From Octopus sinensis (lineage: Eukaryota): a stretch of DNA of 64,000 nucleotides. The first letter of the stretch is position 1, and each line of letters opens with the position of its first letter. The stretch is from contig NC_042998.1 in NCBI RefSeq assembly GCF_006345805.1, forward strand, positions 203,732,001 through 203,796,000, in the 5' to 3' direction. Positions 24,563 through 38,035 of the stretch are shown in pieces. Made by a program: the position numbers and the translations under genes. Below the pieces are notes generated by a model, which worked only from the letters and a program-made list of their open reading frames with translations, was not told where the DNA came from and did not search any database.

Positions 24563-27186
24563 ATTTATTATTTATTTTATTTATTTATTTCATTTATTTA
24601 TTTATTTTATTTATTTATAAAATAAAATAAATAAATGAAATAAAATAAATAAAATAAATAAATAAAATAAATAAAATAAATAAATGAAATAAAATAAATA
24701 AAATAAATAAATGAAATAAATTAAATAAAAGAAATAAAATTAATAAATAAAATAAATAAAATATTTATTTTATTTCATTTATTTATTTTATTTATTTATT
24801 TTATTTTATTTATTTATTTTATTTATTTTATTCATTTATTTATTTTATTTATTTTATTTCATTTATTTATTTTATTTATTTTATTTTATTTTTTTTTTTT
24901 TTCTGTTTTATTATTTCATTTATATTATTTTTTTATTTATTATTTTATTTTATTTTTTTTATTTTATTTCTTTTATTTATTTTATTAATTTATTTATCTT
25001 ATTTATTTATTTATTTTATTTATTTGTTTTATTTATTTTATTTATTTTATTTTATTTATTTATTTTATTTCATTTATTTATTTTATTATATTTATTTCAT
25101 TTATTTTATTTATTCATTTATTTTTTTATTTATTATTTTATTTATTTTATTTTATTTATTTATTTATTTTATTTATTTTATTTCATTTATTTATTTTATT
25201 CTATTTTATTTCATTTATTTATTTTATTTATTTTATTTATTTATTTAATTTATTTTATTTCATTTATTTATTTTATTTCATTTATTTATTTTATTGTATT
25301 TTATTTCATTTATTTATTTTATTTATTTTATTTCATTTATTTATTTTATTTATTTATTTTATTTATTTATTTTATTTATTTTATTTATTTTATTTATTTA
25401 TTTTATTTATTTATTCTATTTATTTTATTTATTTATTTTATTTTATTTATTTATTTTATGTATTTATTTTATTTATTTATTTTATTGATTTATTTTATTT
25501 ATTTATTTATTTTATTTTATTTATTTATTTTATTTATTTATTTTATTTATTTATTTCATTTATTTATTTATTTCATTTATTTATTTTATTTCATTTATTT
25601 ATTTTATTTATTTTATTTTATTTACTTATTTTATTTATTTTATTTTATTTATTTCTTTTATTATTTATTTCTTTTATTTATTTATTTTATTTATTTATTT
25701 ATTTTATTTATTTTATTTTATTTATTTATTTTATTGCATATATTTATTTTATTTATTTAGTTTATATATTTTATTTATTTTATTTTATTTATTTATTTTA
25801 TTTCATTTATTTAAATAAAATAAATAAAATAAATAAAATAAATAAATAAAATAAATAAATAAAAGAAATAAATAATAAAAGAAATAAATGAAATAAAATA
25901 AATAAAATAAATAAATAAAATAAAATAAATAAAATAAATAAATGAAATAAAATAAATAAAATAAATAAATGAAATAAAATACATAAAATAAATAAATGAA
26001 ATAAAATAAATAAAATAAATAAAATAAATAAAAAAAATTAAATAAATAAAATAAATAATGAAATAAAATAAATAAAATATATAAATGAAATAAAATAAAT
26101 AAAATAAATAAAATAAATAAAATAAATAAATAAAATAAAATAAATAAAATAAATAAATAAAATAAAATAAATAAAATAAATAAATGAAATAAAATAAATA
26201 AAATAAATAAATGAAATAAAATAAATAAATAAATTAAATAAATAAAAGAAATAAATAAATAAAATAAATAAATAAAATAAATAAATAAAATAAATAAATA
26301 AAATAAATAAAATAAATAAATAAAAGAAATAAATAAAATAAATAAAATAAATAAATATAAATAAAATAAAATAAATAAAATAAATAAATGAAATAAAATA
26401 AATAAAATAAATAAAATAAATAAAAAAAATTAAATAAATAAAATAAATAATGAAATAAAATAAATAAAATAAATAAATGAAATAAAATAAATAAAATAAA
26501 TAAAATAAATAAATAAAATAAAATAAAAAAATAAAAATGAAATAAAATAAATAAATAAAATAAATGAAATAAAAAGAAATAAATAAAATAAAATAAATAA
26601 AATAAATAAAATAAATAAATAAATAAATAATAAAATAAATAAATAAGAAAATAAATAATAATAAATGAAATAAAATAAAATAAATAAAATAAATGAAATA
26701 AAATAAATAAAATAAATTAAATAAATAAAAGAAATAATTAAATAAAATAAATAATAAAAAATAAATAAAAAATAAAATAAATAAAAAAATAAAACAATAA
26801 ATAATAAAATAATAAAATAAAAGAAATAAATAAAATAAATAAATAAGAAAAAAATAAAATAAATAAAATAAATAAAATAAATAATAAAAGAAATAAATAA
26901 AATAAAAAATAAAATAAATAAAATAAATAAAATAAAATAAATAAAATAAATAAATTAAATAAAATAAATAAAATATATAAATAAAATAAAATAAATAAAT
27001 GAAATAAAATAAATAAAATAAATAAGTAAAATAAATAAAATAAATAAATGAAATAAAATAAATAAAATAAATAAATAAAATAAATAAATAAAATAAATAA
27101 ATGAAATAAAATAAATAAAATAAATAAATGAAATAAAATAAATAAAATAAATAAATGAAATAAAATAAATAAAATAAATAAATAAA
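24563..27186. repeat. 2.6-kb (TTTA/TTTTA)n satellite with three strand switches
   Basis: T-rich at about 24563-24615, A-rich 24617-24762, T-rich 24763-25812, A-rich 25813-27186. Recurrent unit ttttatttcatttattta. Confidence 0.95.
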
Positions 27187-27299
27187 ATCATCATCTTCAT
27201 CATCATCATCATCATCGTCATCATCATCTTCATCATCATTATCATTATTATTATTGTTATTGTTATTGTTGTTGTTGTTATTGTTGCTGTTGTTGTTAT

Positions 27300-27903
27300 T
27301 CAGTAGTTTTATTTTTATAGCGTGCTTTCACTTCACTACCGAGCGCAGCTCTGTGTGCCTTGGGTATGTGCTGTGATTTGTTGTGATGCTCTGATGGTTA
27401 CTGTATTGAAAGTGTTCTGCGTAGGATGTGTGCAGTGCCTAGTAGTGCAATTTTCTGTATGTTATATGTGTTTGTAAGTCCTGGTGTTTTTGTTATGTAT
27501 TTGTCTGAAAATTTTTTTATCATGCCTAATGCACCTACTATGATAGGAATTGTTTCTGTTTTTAGATTCCACATTCTGGTTACCTCTATTTCCAGGTCAT
27601 TGTATTTTGAGAGTTTCTCCATTTCTTTTAGAGACACGTTGTCATCTGCTGGTATTGATACATCAATTAGAAAGCATTTTTTTTCTTCATGATCTCTGAC
27701 AACTATATCTGGTCTGTTGGCCTTAATTTCTCTATCAGTGTGTATTGGAATATCCCAGAGTATGGTTGCTTTCTCGTTTTGTGACCTTTTCTGGTGTGTG
27801 CCTATACCATCTTTTTTCTGTAGTTATTCCATAATGTTGGCATAGCTTCCAGTGTATGTAGGTTCCAACTCTGTCATGTCTGTGAATATATTCCTTCTTA
27901 GCC
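27300..27903 (-). mobile_element. Dong/R4 retrotransposon 3' end (restriction-like endonuclease)
   Basis: YIHRHDRVG...KANRPDIVVRD...LIDVSIP...EKLSKY...IIVGALG...ALLGTAHILRR. The 3' UTR runs into TAA/CAA repeats. Confidence 0.95.
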
Positions 27904-28526
27904 AGTGTGTGTGTGTGTGCTCGTATCAGTGTGTGTATGTGAGCATGTATTAGTGAGTGTGTGTTTGTATCAGTGTGTGTATACTTATATCAGTGCGTGT
28001 GTACTTATATCAGTGTTTGTGCATGTATCAGTGTGTGTCTGTGTGTGTGCTTGGATCAGTGTGTGTGTGTGTGTGTATGTGCATGTATCAGTGTGTTTGT
28101 GCTTGTATTAGTATATGTGTGTGTGCTTGTATCAGTGTGTACGTGTGTGTGTGTGTGCTTGTATCTGTGTGTTTGTGCTTGTATCAACGTGTGTGTGTGT
28201 GTGTGTGTGTGTTTGTGTGTATATGTGTGTTATACTTAAAGGTAGCATGTGTTAGGAATGAGGGCGATGTGTTGTCATCAGCTTGGGATTCTGTTGGAGT
28301 TAGAATCAACGGGAAGGTTTACTCTAATGTACGAAAAGAAGAGTTGGTAGTACCTTAAGCCAGAATCGATGGGTCTGGGAGAGGAATCAGCAATCACGTC
28401 TGTCCCTTTGAGTCTTATAGGTACAACCCATTTTGACCAGCTGAGTGGACTGGAACATCGCGAAAGAACGCAATGCGACACCAGGAATCGAACTCACAAC
28501 CTTACGAAGTGAACAAAATACCTTAA

Positions 28527-28927
28527 GGTGCAGGAGTGGCTGTGTGGTAAGTAGCTTGCTAACCAACCACATGGCTCCGGGTTCAGTCCCACTGCGTGGC
28601 ATCTTGGGCAAGTGTCTTCTGCTAGAGCCCCGGGCCGACCAAAGCCTTGTGAGTGGATTTGGTAGACGGAAACTGAAAGAAGCCCGTCGTATATATGTAT
28701 ATATATATTTGTGTGTGTGTGTTTGTGTGTCTGTTTGTCCCCCTAGCATTGCTTGACAACCGATACTGGTGTGTTTACGTCCCCGTTACTGAGCAGTTCG
28801 GCAAAAGAGACCGATAGAATAAGTACTGGGCTTACAAAGAATAAGTCCCGGGGTTGATTTGCTCGACTAAAGGCGGTGCTCCAGCATGGCCGCAGTCAAA
28901 TGACTGAAACAAGTAAGAGAGTAAGAG
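28527..28927 (+). mobile_element. SINE family A, full length (reference copy)
   Basis: tRNA-like A box tggctgtgtgg and B box gggttcagtcc, CORE-like ggcatcttgggcaagtgtctt, central (TA)/(TG) tract, and short-repeat tail. Confidence 0.92.
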
Positions 28928-28989
28928 AATCATTAAGCCACGCGCTTTCACTGTGTTTACAATGTTAAACAATTCACAGCGGATGGTAC

Positions 28990-29410
28990 ACACACACACA
29001 TTCACACACACACCAATGCACACTCACCCACACACATACATACACACACACAAACACACACACACCAATGCACACTCACCCACACACATACACACACACA
29101 AACACACCCACACCAATGCACACTCACCCACACACATACATACACACACACAAACACACCCACACCAATGCACACTCACCCACACACATACATACACACA
29201 CACAAACATACCCACACCAATGCACACTCACCCACACACATACATACACACACACAAACATACCCACACCAATGCACACTCACCCACACACATACATACA
29301 CACACACAAACATACCCACACCAATGCACACTCACCCACACACATACATACACACAAACACACACACACCAATGCGCACTCACCCACACACATACATACA
29401 CATACACATG
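28990..29410. repeat. CA-rich minisatellite, unit of about 36-38 bp, roughly 10 copies
   Basis: Repeating cacaccaatgcacactcacccacacacatacatacacacacacaaa. Confidence 0.9.
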
Positions 29411-30065
29411 CACTGTTAATCTTGATAAGGGATCATATGTCAAGTACATATGGTTGCGATGCATGTTCTTGGGGAATCCTTATCAAACGTGTAATGGATA
29501 TGTTGGGTTTCGTATATTTGTACCCCAGCGTCACTTTGATGAGGTTTTCGCCCTCATATTCTCCCAAATGTGTGTGTGCGTCTGTGTATTGTTCCACATG
29601 TGCCCAACCCTGTATATTTAAATGCTTTTCGTAATAAACTTTATTTAGATAGCTTCATTTAAAGCTATTAGACGTCACGCGAGCACTCAGCTCTCAGTCC
29701 AATGTTTTTAGAGCAGAAACAACGGTAAACTAATGAAAGCGATTGCGTAACACCTGTTATTCTGGTCTGGTATTGATATTTGCCTACATACACACATGCG
29801 TACATACATACATGCATACATACATACATGCATACATACATACATACATACATACATACATACATACATACATACATACGTACGTACGTATATACATACA
29901 TACATACATACTACGTCCGTATATACATACATACATACATACATACATACATACGTACGTATATACATAGGGTAATAAATAAAATATATGCATACATACA
30001 TGTATGTAGGTACCTACATCTACATGTGTATAGACGTGCATATATAACTATATATACGTGAGTAC

Positions 30066-30283
30066 GGCGAGCTGGCAGAAACGTTAGCATGCCGGGCGAA
30101 ATTCTTAGCGGTATTTCGTCTGTTGTTACGTTCTGAGTTCAAATTCCGCCGAGGTCGACTTTACCTTTCATCCTTTCGGGGTCGATAAATAAAGAACCAG
30201 TTTCGCACTGGGGTCGATGTAATCGACTTAATTCCTTTGTTTGTCCCCTCTATGTTTAGCCCCTTGTGGGTAGTAAAGAAATA
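30066..30283 (+). mobile_element. SINE family B with 17-bp TSD
   Basis: tatatatacgtgagtac at 30049-30065 and 30284-30300. Confidence 0.9.
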
Positions 30284-30737
30284 TATATATACGTGAGTAC
30301 AGGACACCACAAATAGACGTAGAACTCAACGAGAAACGAAACCGTAAAAACAAACATGGAAACGGACCTTTTTTTTAACAACGAAAAAACAGAGTACAAG
30401 ACAAACAACACAAGGAAAATTCCCCTTCTTCAGCTGTCCCTAGTTCGACTCCATGCGTGTTTCAAATGTATGTATGTATGTGTGTGTGTATATATGTATA
30501 TGTGTTTGAGGAGGGTGTCGAGGTATGAAAACTAAAGTTCAAAATTAAAAGTTCAGTAATGAGGCCCTTACACTCAAAACATCGCCAGCGGTTTATTCTC
30601 TAAGACATAAAATATCGAACGCAATCAAAAGATCCGCCTTTGCTTAAAATAATTTTCAAAGGATAAATGGTAAACACTTTATCATCCAAATTAAAATTTT
30701 AAAAAATACACATTCAAAACAATTATATATATATATA

Positions 30738-30901
30738 TAGGCACAGGAGTGGCTGTGCGGTAGGACGCTTGGTTCCCAATCATATAGTTCCGGGTTCAGT
30801 CCCACTGCATTACTCCTTGGGCAAGTGTCTTCTACAATAGTATTGGGCCAACCAAAGCCTTTTGAGTGGATTTGGGAGATCGAAAGTGAAAGAAGCCCGT
30901 T

Positions 30902-30905
<4 letters not shown>
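30738..30905 (+). mobile_element. SINE family A, 5' half
   Basis: ggcacaggagtggctgtgcggta...gaaagaagcccgt. Confidence 0.85.
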
Positions 30906-30967
<62 letters not shown>

Positions 30968-30968
30968 G

Positions 30969-31036
<68 letters not shown>

Positions 31037-31042
31037 ATATAT

Positions 31043-31074
<32 letters not shown>

Positions 31075-31085
<11 letters not shown>

Positions 31086-31440
31086 GGCAGTTTGTCTGTC
31101 TGTGTGTCTGTGTGTCTGTCAGGTTGTACCCTGACCCTGACCACGGCTTTCAACCGATTCTGATGAAACTTGACACACACATAGCCCAATGTCATAATTT
31201 TGAAAAGTTCCCCCAGTTCTGAAAAAAATCGATAAATTCGACATGGGGTCGAGAATCTAAGCTTTTTATATGCAACACATTTTCTGTTGTAGTTTTCGCA
31301 ACTTGCAATCGATTTTCACCAAACTCATGGTGAAGCTTAATGTTACCCTAAGAAAGTTAATTCTGACGTTAGTTTTCCATGCAATACCTTACCATCAGAA
31401 AAAATCGATAAAATCATGCCATTTTGGGAAATCGCGTTCA
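31075..31440 (+). mobile_element. Probable non-autonomous Helitron 5' fragment
   Basis: tatatataaa-(ctgt)n-aaccgattctgatgaaacttgacacac, an architecture typical of Helitron-derived repeats. No 3' CTAG end seen. Confidence 0.5.
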
Positions 31441-31443
31441 AAT

Positions 31444-32551
31444 TCAACGTGACTTCAGAAATCAAGGCTGCATCATCTGGGAAACGCTTTCCTTTCAAAA
31501 ACAACTTCATGATTGGGAAGAGGTGAAAATCAGAGGGTGCAAGGTTAGGAAATTAGGGGGGATGGGGAGGAGTTCATAGCCATACGCCTGTGCTTCTGAT
31601 CTGGCGACAAGCGAGTTGTGGACTGGAGCGTTGTCCTGCAGGAGGAGGATGCTTTTGCTGATCTTGCCCCGCCTCTTGATTTTGATAACTTCTCTTAATT
31701 TCCTCAAAAGTGAAGCATAATAGGCTCCTGCAATTGTGGTACCCTTTGCCAGGAAATCTGTCATCACTACTCCGTCCTGGTCCCAGAAGACTGTGAGCAT
31801 GACCTTGCCAGCGGAGGGCTGCACCCTTGCCTTCTTTGGAGGGGGTGAGTCACGGTGCTTCCACTGCATTGACTGGGATTTGGTCTCTGGATCATCGTGA
31901 TGGACCCAGGTTTCATCCTGTGTAATCAGTCTTTTGAAAAATTTTGACTCATCTTGGCACATCTCTAAATTCACCCTCGAGCACTCGACGCGTTCTTGCT
32001 TCTGGAAAGGCGTGAGCAACCTGGGAATTCATCTGGCAGACACCTTTTGCATATGCAAATGGTCATGAACGATTGTTTCCACAGACCCGGTACTAATCTT
32101 GACCTCATGGGCTATTTGGCGAATAATTATGCGTCGATCTTCCAAAATGGCAGCCTCAACTTGACGGACAGATGCCTCATCAATGGCAGAAGGGGGCGAC
32201 CAGATCTGGGAGCTGTTTCCACAGAGTTCCGACCATGTTTGAATTCAGGATGCCAGCGTTTTACAAGGTCATATGATGGGGCATCATCACCATAAGTTAC
32301 TTTCATTTCATCAAAAGTCTCCCGTGGTTTGCGTCCTTTCAAATACAAAAACCGGATCACTGCTCGACACTCAACAGGCTCCATTTCACACTTGACTCGG
32401 TTCAAACACCTGTAAATCAGAAACCACAATTAATTCTGAGCTGTAATTTGCCACTTACTCTATAGAGATATAAATGATTGCACATGCAAAATGTTACATA
32501 GATCAAACAAATGCAAGTGGGTCAGAAGCATTACTTATTGAACGTCCCACG
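31444..32551 (-). mobile_element. Mariner (DD34D) transposon, frameshifted and 3'-truncated
   Basis: TA plus 5' TIR cgtgggacgttcaataagtaatgc. Encodes MEPVECRAVIRFL..., ITQDETWVHH, SAGKVMLTVFWD, LLQDNAPVH and, after a frameshift, LAPSDFHLFP. Confidence 0.95.
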
Positions 32552-32554
32552 TAT

Positions 32555-32609
<55 letters not shown>

Positions 32610-32690
32610 ATATATCAAAATGTGACCTCGGGTGTACCGTTGGCGATTTTTTCCCTCTGTCTTCCCTTTCTGGATCTTTCCTTCTCCTAT

Positions 32691-32725
32691 GTTTCCGACG
32701 AAGAGCTCCGCTCGAAACGTTAAAC
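32691..32725 (+). ncRNA. Minimal type I hammerhead motif (U4C in this copy)
   Basis: gttt-CCGACGA-a-gagc(tcc)gctc-GAAA-cgt-t-aaac. The sibling at 19.4 kb retains CTGACGA. Confidence 0.65.
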
Positions 32726-32821
32726 CCTCCTTCTTCTTTCTTTCCTGAGCGTCCAATAATACTATATTTGCTCCACGTCCTAGCGTTGTTGTGTTTTTTT
32801 GTGCTTTCCAGTTTGGATTAG

Positions 32822-32861
<40 letters not shown>

Positions 32862-34074
32862 TTACAGATACAGGGTGAAATATAATTAATTTAATAAAAT
32901 CAACAAATTTCACCTAGTAGTATTTCGGTATGGAAAAATACCATATTCGGTGAAAAACTTATATAATTATAATAATAAGGGTTTTTGCAACAAGTTGCTT
33001 GACCACATACCGAAAATTTCAGAAATAGCAGCCAAAGGACTACTATATAGTAGTAAGTTTGCCTTTTTATTGTCTTCAAAAGTTTGTGTTTGGATAATAT
33101 TTTTATGTAAAAGTTGTGCAACAACTAATAAATACAAAATAAATTCGGTTGTGCAAATTCTTTGCACGGGAAACCTGCCTTTGTGTGGCGTGTTTCCCCA
33201 TTTTGTAAATTCCTCTTCGGCTTTCCTCGCCATTCTCTGCTTTGAGCATGGCGACTTCAAAGCCATGAAGTCGTTCTTCGAGAAGAACGGTGGTCTCCTT
33301 GGCAACGCTTACGACGTGTGTTTTCCCTACCCTCCCCTTCCCCACAGGTTCACGAGGGAGGGACGAACTGTTTTGATGCAAAGAGAGTATTCTCAGCTAT
33401 TTATAGAGGAAGACGCAACTTCAACCAGACTCAGCAATGTTATAAATGACGATAAATCTAATTTTTAAATTTGAAATTAATTTTGAGAGCATTTTTGTGT
33501 TCCATTTACATTCATGAGGAAACGAATAGGTGTGTTCGTCTTTTATCTTTTACTGATCTCAATCATTAGACTGCGACCATATCGACTCCGGTAGTTTTTT
33601 TTGTTTTTGAGCCCCCGGTACTTGTCTTATCGGTCTCTTTTGCTGAACTGCTAAATTACAGGGGCGTACACATAAACACCACCAGATGGGGGTAAGACGA
33701 ACATGTGTGTGTGTGTGTGTGTGTGTTTGTGTCTGTCTGTCTGTCTGTGTGCTAACGCCCAATGACCAAATGTGTTTGCTAAGCATATTCACCGAACTCA
33801 TGTTAGGACGCACGCATGCAACTGGGACGGCGGCCATGTTATGAGAAATCTAATAAATTTATTCATGAAACACCGAGTATTCTTGTCTTCTCTTGTCATG
33901 AAAGTCACAAATTATGGAATTCGCAATTCTTTCATAATTTCCTAATTTGTAGACTAAGGCAATTACTTGGTCGGGAACCTACATATACATACATGCACAC
34001 ATACATACATATATACATACATACATACCTGTACATAGTATATGTATATATATATATATATATACCTATACATA

Positions 34075-34136
<62 letters not shown>

Positions 34137-34213
34137 GTATATATATATATATGTATATATATGTATATATATGTATATATATGTATATATATATATATAT
34201 ACGTATATATATG

Positions 34214-34248
<35 letters not shown>

Positions 34249-34786
34249 ATATATATGATTGTGTTTTTAAGTTTGTGCTTGCATACATAACTATTGATCA
34301 TAAGATAAGTGAGATACTTTGAAATATGATTTTCAGTAAATATGATAAATCTTTGTTTATTTGCGATCTCGGGAACTTCACCGTCAACATCGAAAATGTC
34401 AACGGAAGGAATATAGTGTGGCGAAATTCCTCTCCCACTTTACAGCTTGCTAAACATTTCAACGCCAAACAAACAATATACGTCAAACTCAACTATAACT
34501 TAATTAAAATAAACGGTAACATATTAGCTTTATGAAGATACCATTGTCATGTGCCCAACTGTACGAGCGCCACGGCAGCAGTCTTGTAAATTATGGGAGG
34601 TTTTTCTGCCATACTCTGAACACGCAAGACATTTCTATAAGTTAACAAAACTGTTGAACTATGGCCTGGGGTGAATTTTCTATGGCAACTATCATACAGT
34701 TATTGGTAACACAAAATATAAATCAGTGCCCCATATATAATAGAATGTCAAAGAAAACTCACAATAGCAGAAGAGATCAAAGCTTA

Positions 34787-34959
34787 GCAGAGCTGTGTGG
34801 TAAGAAGCTTGCTTCACAACCACATGGTCCCAGGATCAGTTCTACTGGGTGTTACCTTGAGCAAGTCTTCTACTATAATGTCAGGTCGTCCAAAGCCTCG
34901 TGTGTAGATTAGATTGATGGAAACTAAAAGAAACCCGTCGTATATATATATATATATAT

Positions 34960-35011
<52 letters not shown>

Positions 35012-35190
35012 GTGCATGTGTGTCTGTGTGTCTGTGTTTGTCCCCTTCCACCGCTTGACAACCAGTGTTGGTGTGTTTACATTCCCGTAACTTAGCAGTT
35101 TGGCCAAAGTCACTGATAGAGTAAGTATCGGTCTTAAGAAGAAATGAGTCCTGGGTTTGATTCATTCGACTAAAAATTCTTCAGGGTGGT
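34787..35190 (+). mobile_element. SINE family A, older variant
   Basis: gctgtgtggtaagaagcttgct...ccgcttgacaacc...cgactaaaaattcttca. Confidence 0.8.
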
Positions 35191-35486
35191 GGGTATCGGT
35201 GTGTGGTTAAGGTGTTTGTCTTCAAGGCACATAGCTTCGCGTTCGATTCTCTCGTGCAGTGAATCTAAGTGCAACCATGGGTAAAGGTTGAGGAGTTCGT
35301 TTCGCAAAGACATAATTCTGGGTAAATTCTTTCTGCGTGGAACTTTCCGAAACTATTTCTTTCTTTGTCCTCGGATCGACCAAACCTTTTCGAACAGAAT
35401 TCCATAAAAGGAAACCGTGTCTGATTGTTTCTACTTGTTCGCGCGGTTTAACCCCGTCACTTGGTGTCTCCAGAGGAATCCGCGAG

Positions 35487-35792
35487 AGCACGTGGCTCAA
35501 TGGTTTGGGTATTCGGCTGCCGATCGGAAGGTCATCTGTTCGATTCACGGCGGCGCGTTATGTCTTTGAGCAAGACACTTTATTTCACATTGCTCCAGTC
35601 CACTCAGCTGGAAAAAATGAGTTTTTACCTGCAATTCAAAAGCTCAGCTTTGTCGTATTCCGTGTCATGCTGAATTTCCCTGAGAACTACATTAAGGGCA
35701 CGTGTCTCTGTAGAGTGCTCAACCACTTGCTCGTTAATTTCATGAGCGGGCTGTTGTGTCAACCCTCATCATCGTAAGCGACGGAGACCCAG
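35487..35792 (+). mobile_element. SINE family D
   Basis: tggctcaatgg A box, gttcgattc B box, tttgagcaagacacttta, and gctccagtccactcagctgg. Confidence 0.8.
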
Positions 35793-36862
35793 TGAAGTGG
35801 AGTCCAGTCTGTTCGAGGATAAACTCCTCAACCCCAGTCTCTTCCTTTCCTTCCTCCTCACCCCCCCTCATCAGTTACAGAAACCTTGGTAAAACGGTCT
35901 TTGCTGCTTCCACCGTTAAATAGTGAAATACTCATCGTTGCCATAAACGGGTGAAAAGACAAATTTCGGATTACAATAAGTCTAGTCAGAGGACTAACGG
36001 ATTATCTGATTGAATATTGCGTTTAATCTCATTCTGCTGTAACTGTGAGTTCCAATCCTCAAAGGTGCGACGCTGCCAGGCACCTAATTAGAGCCAAAGT
36101 CTGAGTCTCCGTCGGTCACGACGGTAAGTGTTCAAGTTGATCCGATCAACGGAACAGCCTGCTCGTGAAATTAACATGCAAGTGGCTGAGTGCTCCACAG
36201 ATACGCATATTCTTAATGTAGTTGTTAGGGAGATTCAGCATAACAGGAAGTGAAATGCTTAGCGGTATTTCGCCCGTCGCTACGTTCTGAGTTCAAATTC
36301 CAGCGAGGTCGACTTTGCTTTTTATCCTTTTGGGGTCGATAAATTAAGTACCAGTTGTGTACAGGGGTCGATATAATAGACTGGGCGCCTCTCCCCAAAT
36401 TTCAGGCCTTCTGCCTATAACAGAAAAGATTATAACAGAAACGATTATTTCGGTGACCAAAGGAAGGGTTGTTAGTCACGTCGGTAAGCTGGTAAGATCG
36501 TTGGTAACATTACTTTCAGTCGAACGTTCTGAAAGCTGATTAAATACGTACCAGTTTAGTATTGGGGTCAGCTTAATTGGTTATACTCCCAGGCCGTCTG
36601 TCTTTAATAGAAAGAATTATTCAAGTGGTTGGATGATAGATTAATTGTGTCATAGGGTCGATCGAGGAGATTCTGTCTTCATACAGTAATTTCAAGACAA
36701 GTTAACTTGAAAGAAACCACCCACCTCTGAACTTTACACCGAAAAGGATTTGAAATCATGGCTGTCGATCTAAAAATTTGTCCAGTTTGCAGGGCTGATG
36801 TTGTTCCAGACATTGAGTAACCATTTCCAACTATGTGACAATATGAGAAACATATGCTGTGC

Positions 36863-37227
36863 AAAATGCGTAGCCGTATTTCGTCTGCCGTTACGTTCTG
36901 AGTTCAAATTCCGCCGAGGTCGACTTTGCCTTTCATCCTTTCGGGGTTTATTAAATAAGTACCAGTTACGCACTGGGGTCGATATAATCGACTTAATCCG
37001 TTTGTCTGTCCTTGTTTGTCCTCTCTGTGTTTAGCCCCTTGTGGGTAGTAAAGAAATAGGTATTTCGTTTGCCGCTACGTCCTGAGTTCAAATTCCGCCG
37101 AGGTCGACTTTGCTTTTCATCCTTTCGGGGTTGATAAATTAAGTACCAGTTGCATACTGGGGTTGATCTAATCGACTGGCCCCTCCCCCAAAATTTTCGG
37201 GCCGTATGCCTAGAGTAGAAAAGAATA
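36863..37227 (+). mobile_element. SINE family B dimer with an alternative second tail
   Basis: Same aagaaataggtatttcg junction as at 16.3 kb. The second unit ends ccctccccc...gcctagagtagaaaagaat. Confidence 0.85.
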
Positions 37228-37697
37228 TGAGAAACATATTTAAAGCGGCGAACTGGCAGAATCGTTAGCTCGCCGGACGACACGCTTAGCGGTATGTCGT
37301 CCATCTTTACCTTCTGAGTTCAAATTCAGCCGAAGTTTACTTAGCCTTTCGTTCATTCGGAAACGATAAAATAAATACCAATCAAACATTGGATCGCTGT
37401 AATGGACTTACCCTTTCCCCGACATTGCTGGCCTCGTGTCAAAACCTGAAATCAATATGAGAAATTTGTTGAGAAGGTTCGAATCTTGCCATTGGTTGAC
37501 CCTAAACCTAACCCATACCCTCACAACCATTAAGTGCTTTACCATTGCAACACACAGCACTTTGTTTATTCTGCTCCTCTGATAAGATTGGTGAGTCTCT
37601 GCTTTTTATCCAGGAAGCAGCTTTTTAGTCAGGAAAGAAAGAAATACTTTACATTATTTCCATTTGACGGATATTTGTCCTCATCTTGTTTGTTGTT

Positions 37698-37744
37698 AAC
37701 ACAACGTTTCGGCTGATATCCCCCTCCAGCCTTCATCAGGTGTC
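37698..37744 (-). ncRNA. Minimal type I hammerhead ribozyme (inverted copy)
   Basis: Reverse complement: gacac-CTGATGA-a-ggctg...cagcc-GAAA-cgt-t-gtgtt. Confidence 0.75.
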
Positions 37745-37861
37745 TTGGGGAAATTTCGAACCTGAGTTCTCATTCCTAAGGTATTTTTCGATGTATATGG
37801 CATAGTGGTTAAGAGCGCAGGCTACTAACCCCAAGATTCCGAGTTTGATTCCAGTCAGTGA

Positions 37862-37941
<80 letters not shown>

Positions 37942-37989
37942 TCAAAAAAATACCTTGGGAATGAGAACCCAGGTTCGAAATTTCCCCAA

Positions 37990-38035
37990 GACACCTGATG
38001 AAGGCTGGAGGGTATATCAGCCGAAACGTTGTGTT
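37990..38035 (+). ncRNA. Minimal type I hammerhead ribozyme
   Basis: gacac-CTGATGA-a-ggctg(gagggtatat)cagcc-GAAA-cgt-t-gtgtt. Intact core, 5-bp stems I and II, and palindromic ACGT stem III. Confidence 0.8.

Noticed and set aside
28953-29634. His/Thr repeat ORFs or a CRISPR-like periodic array
   Set aside because: CA-rich minisatellite with no unique spacers and no cas genes, in a eukaryotic context.
30415-30466. GAAAC...CTGAAGA (type II order) on the minus strand, similar at 54000-54050
   Set aside because: No convincing stems I or III.
32905-32956. Hammerhead-like fold on the minus strand (ggtat/atacc stem plus GAAA)
   Set aside because: The core reads CCGAATA and the cleavage-site register fails. 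At best a dead relic.
32950-33468. 172-aa ORF
   Set aside because: Spans a junction of repeats, and part recurs inverted at 23.7 kb. No recognisable domain.
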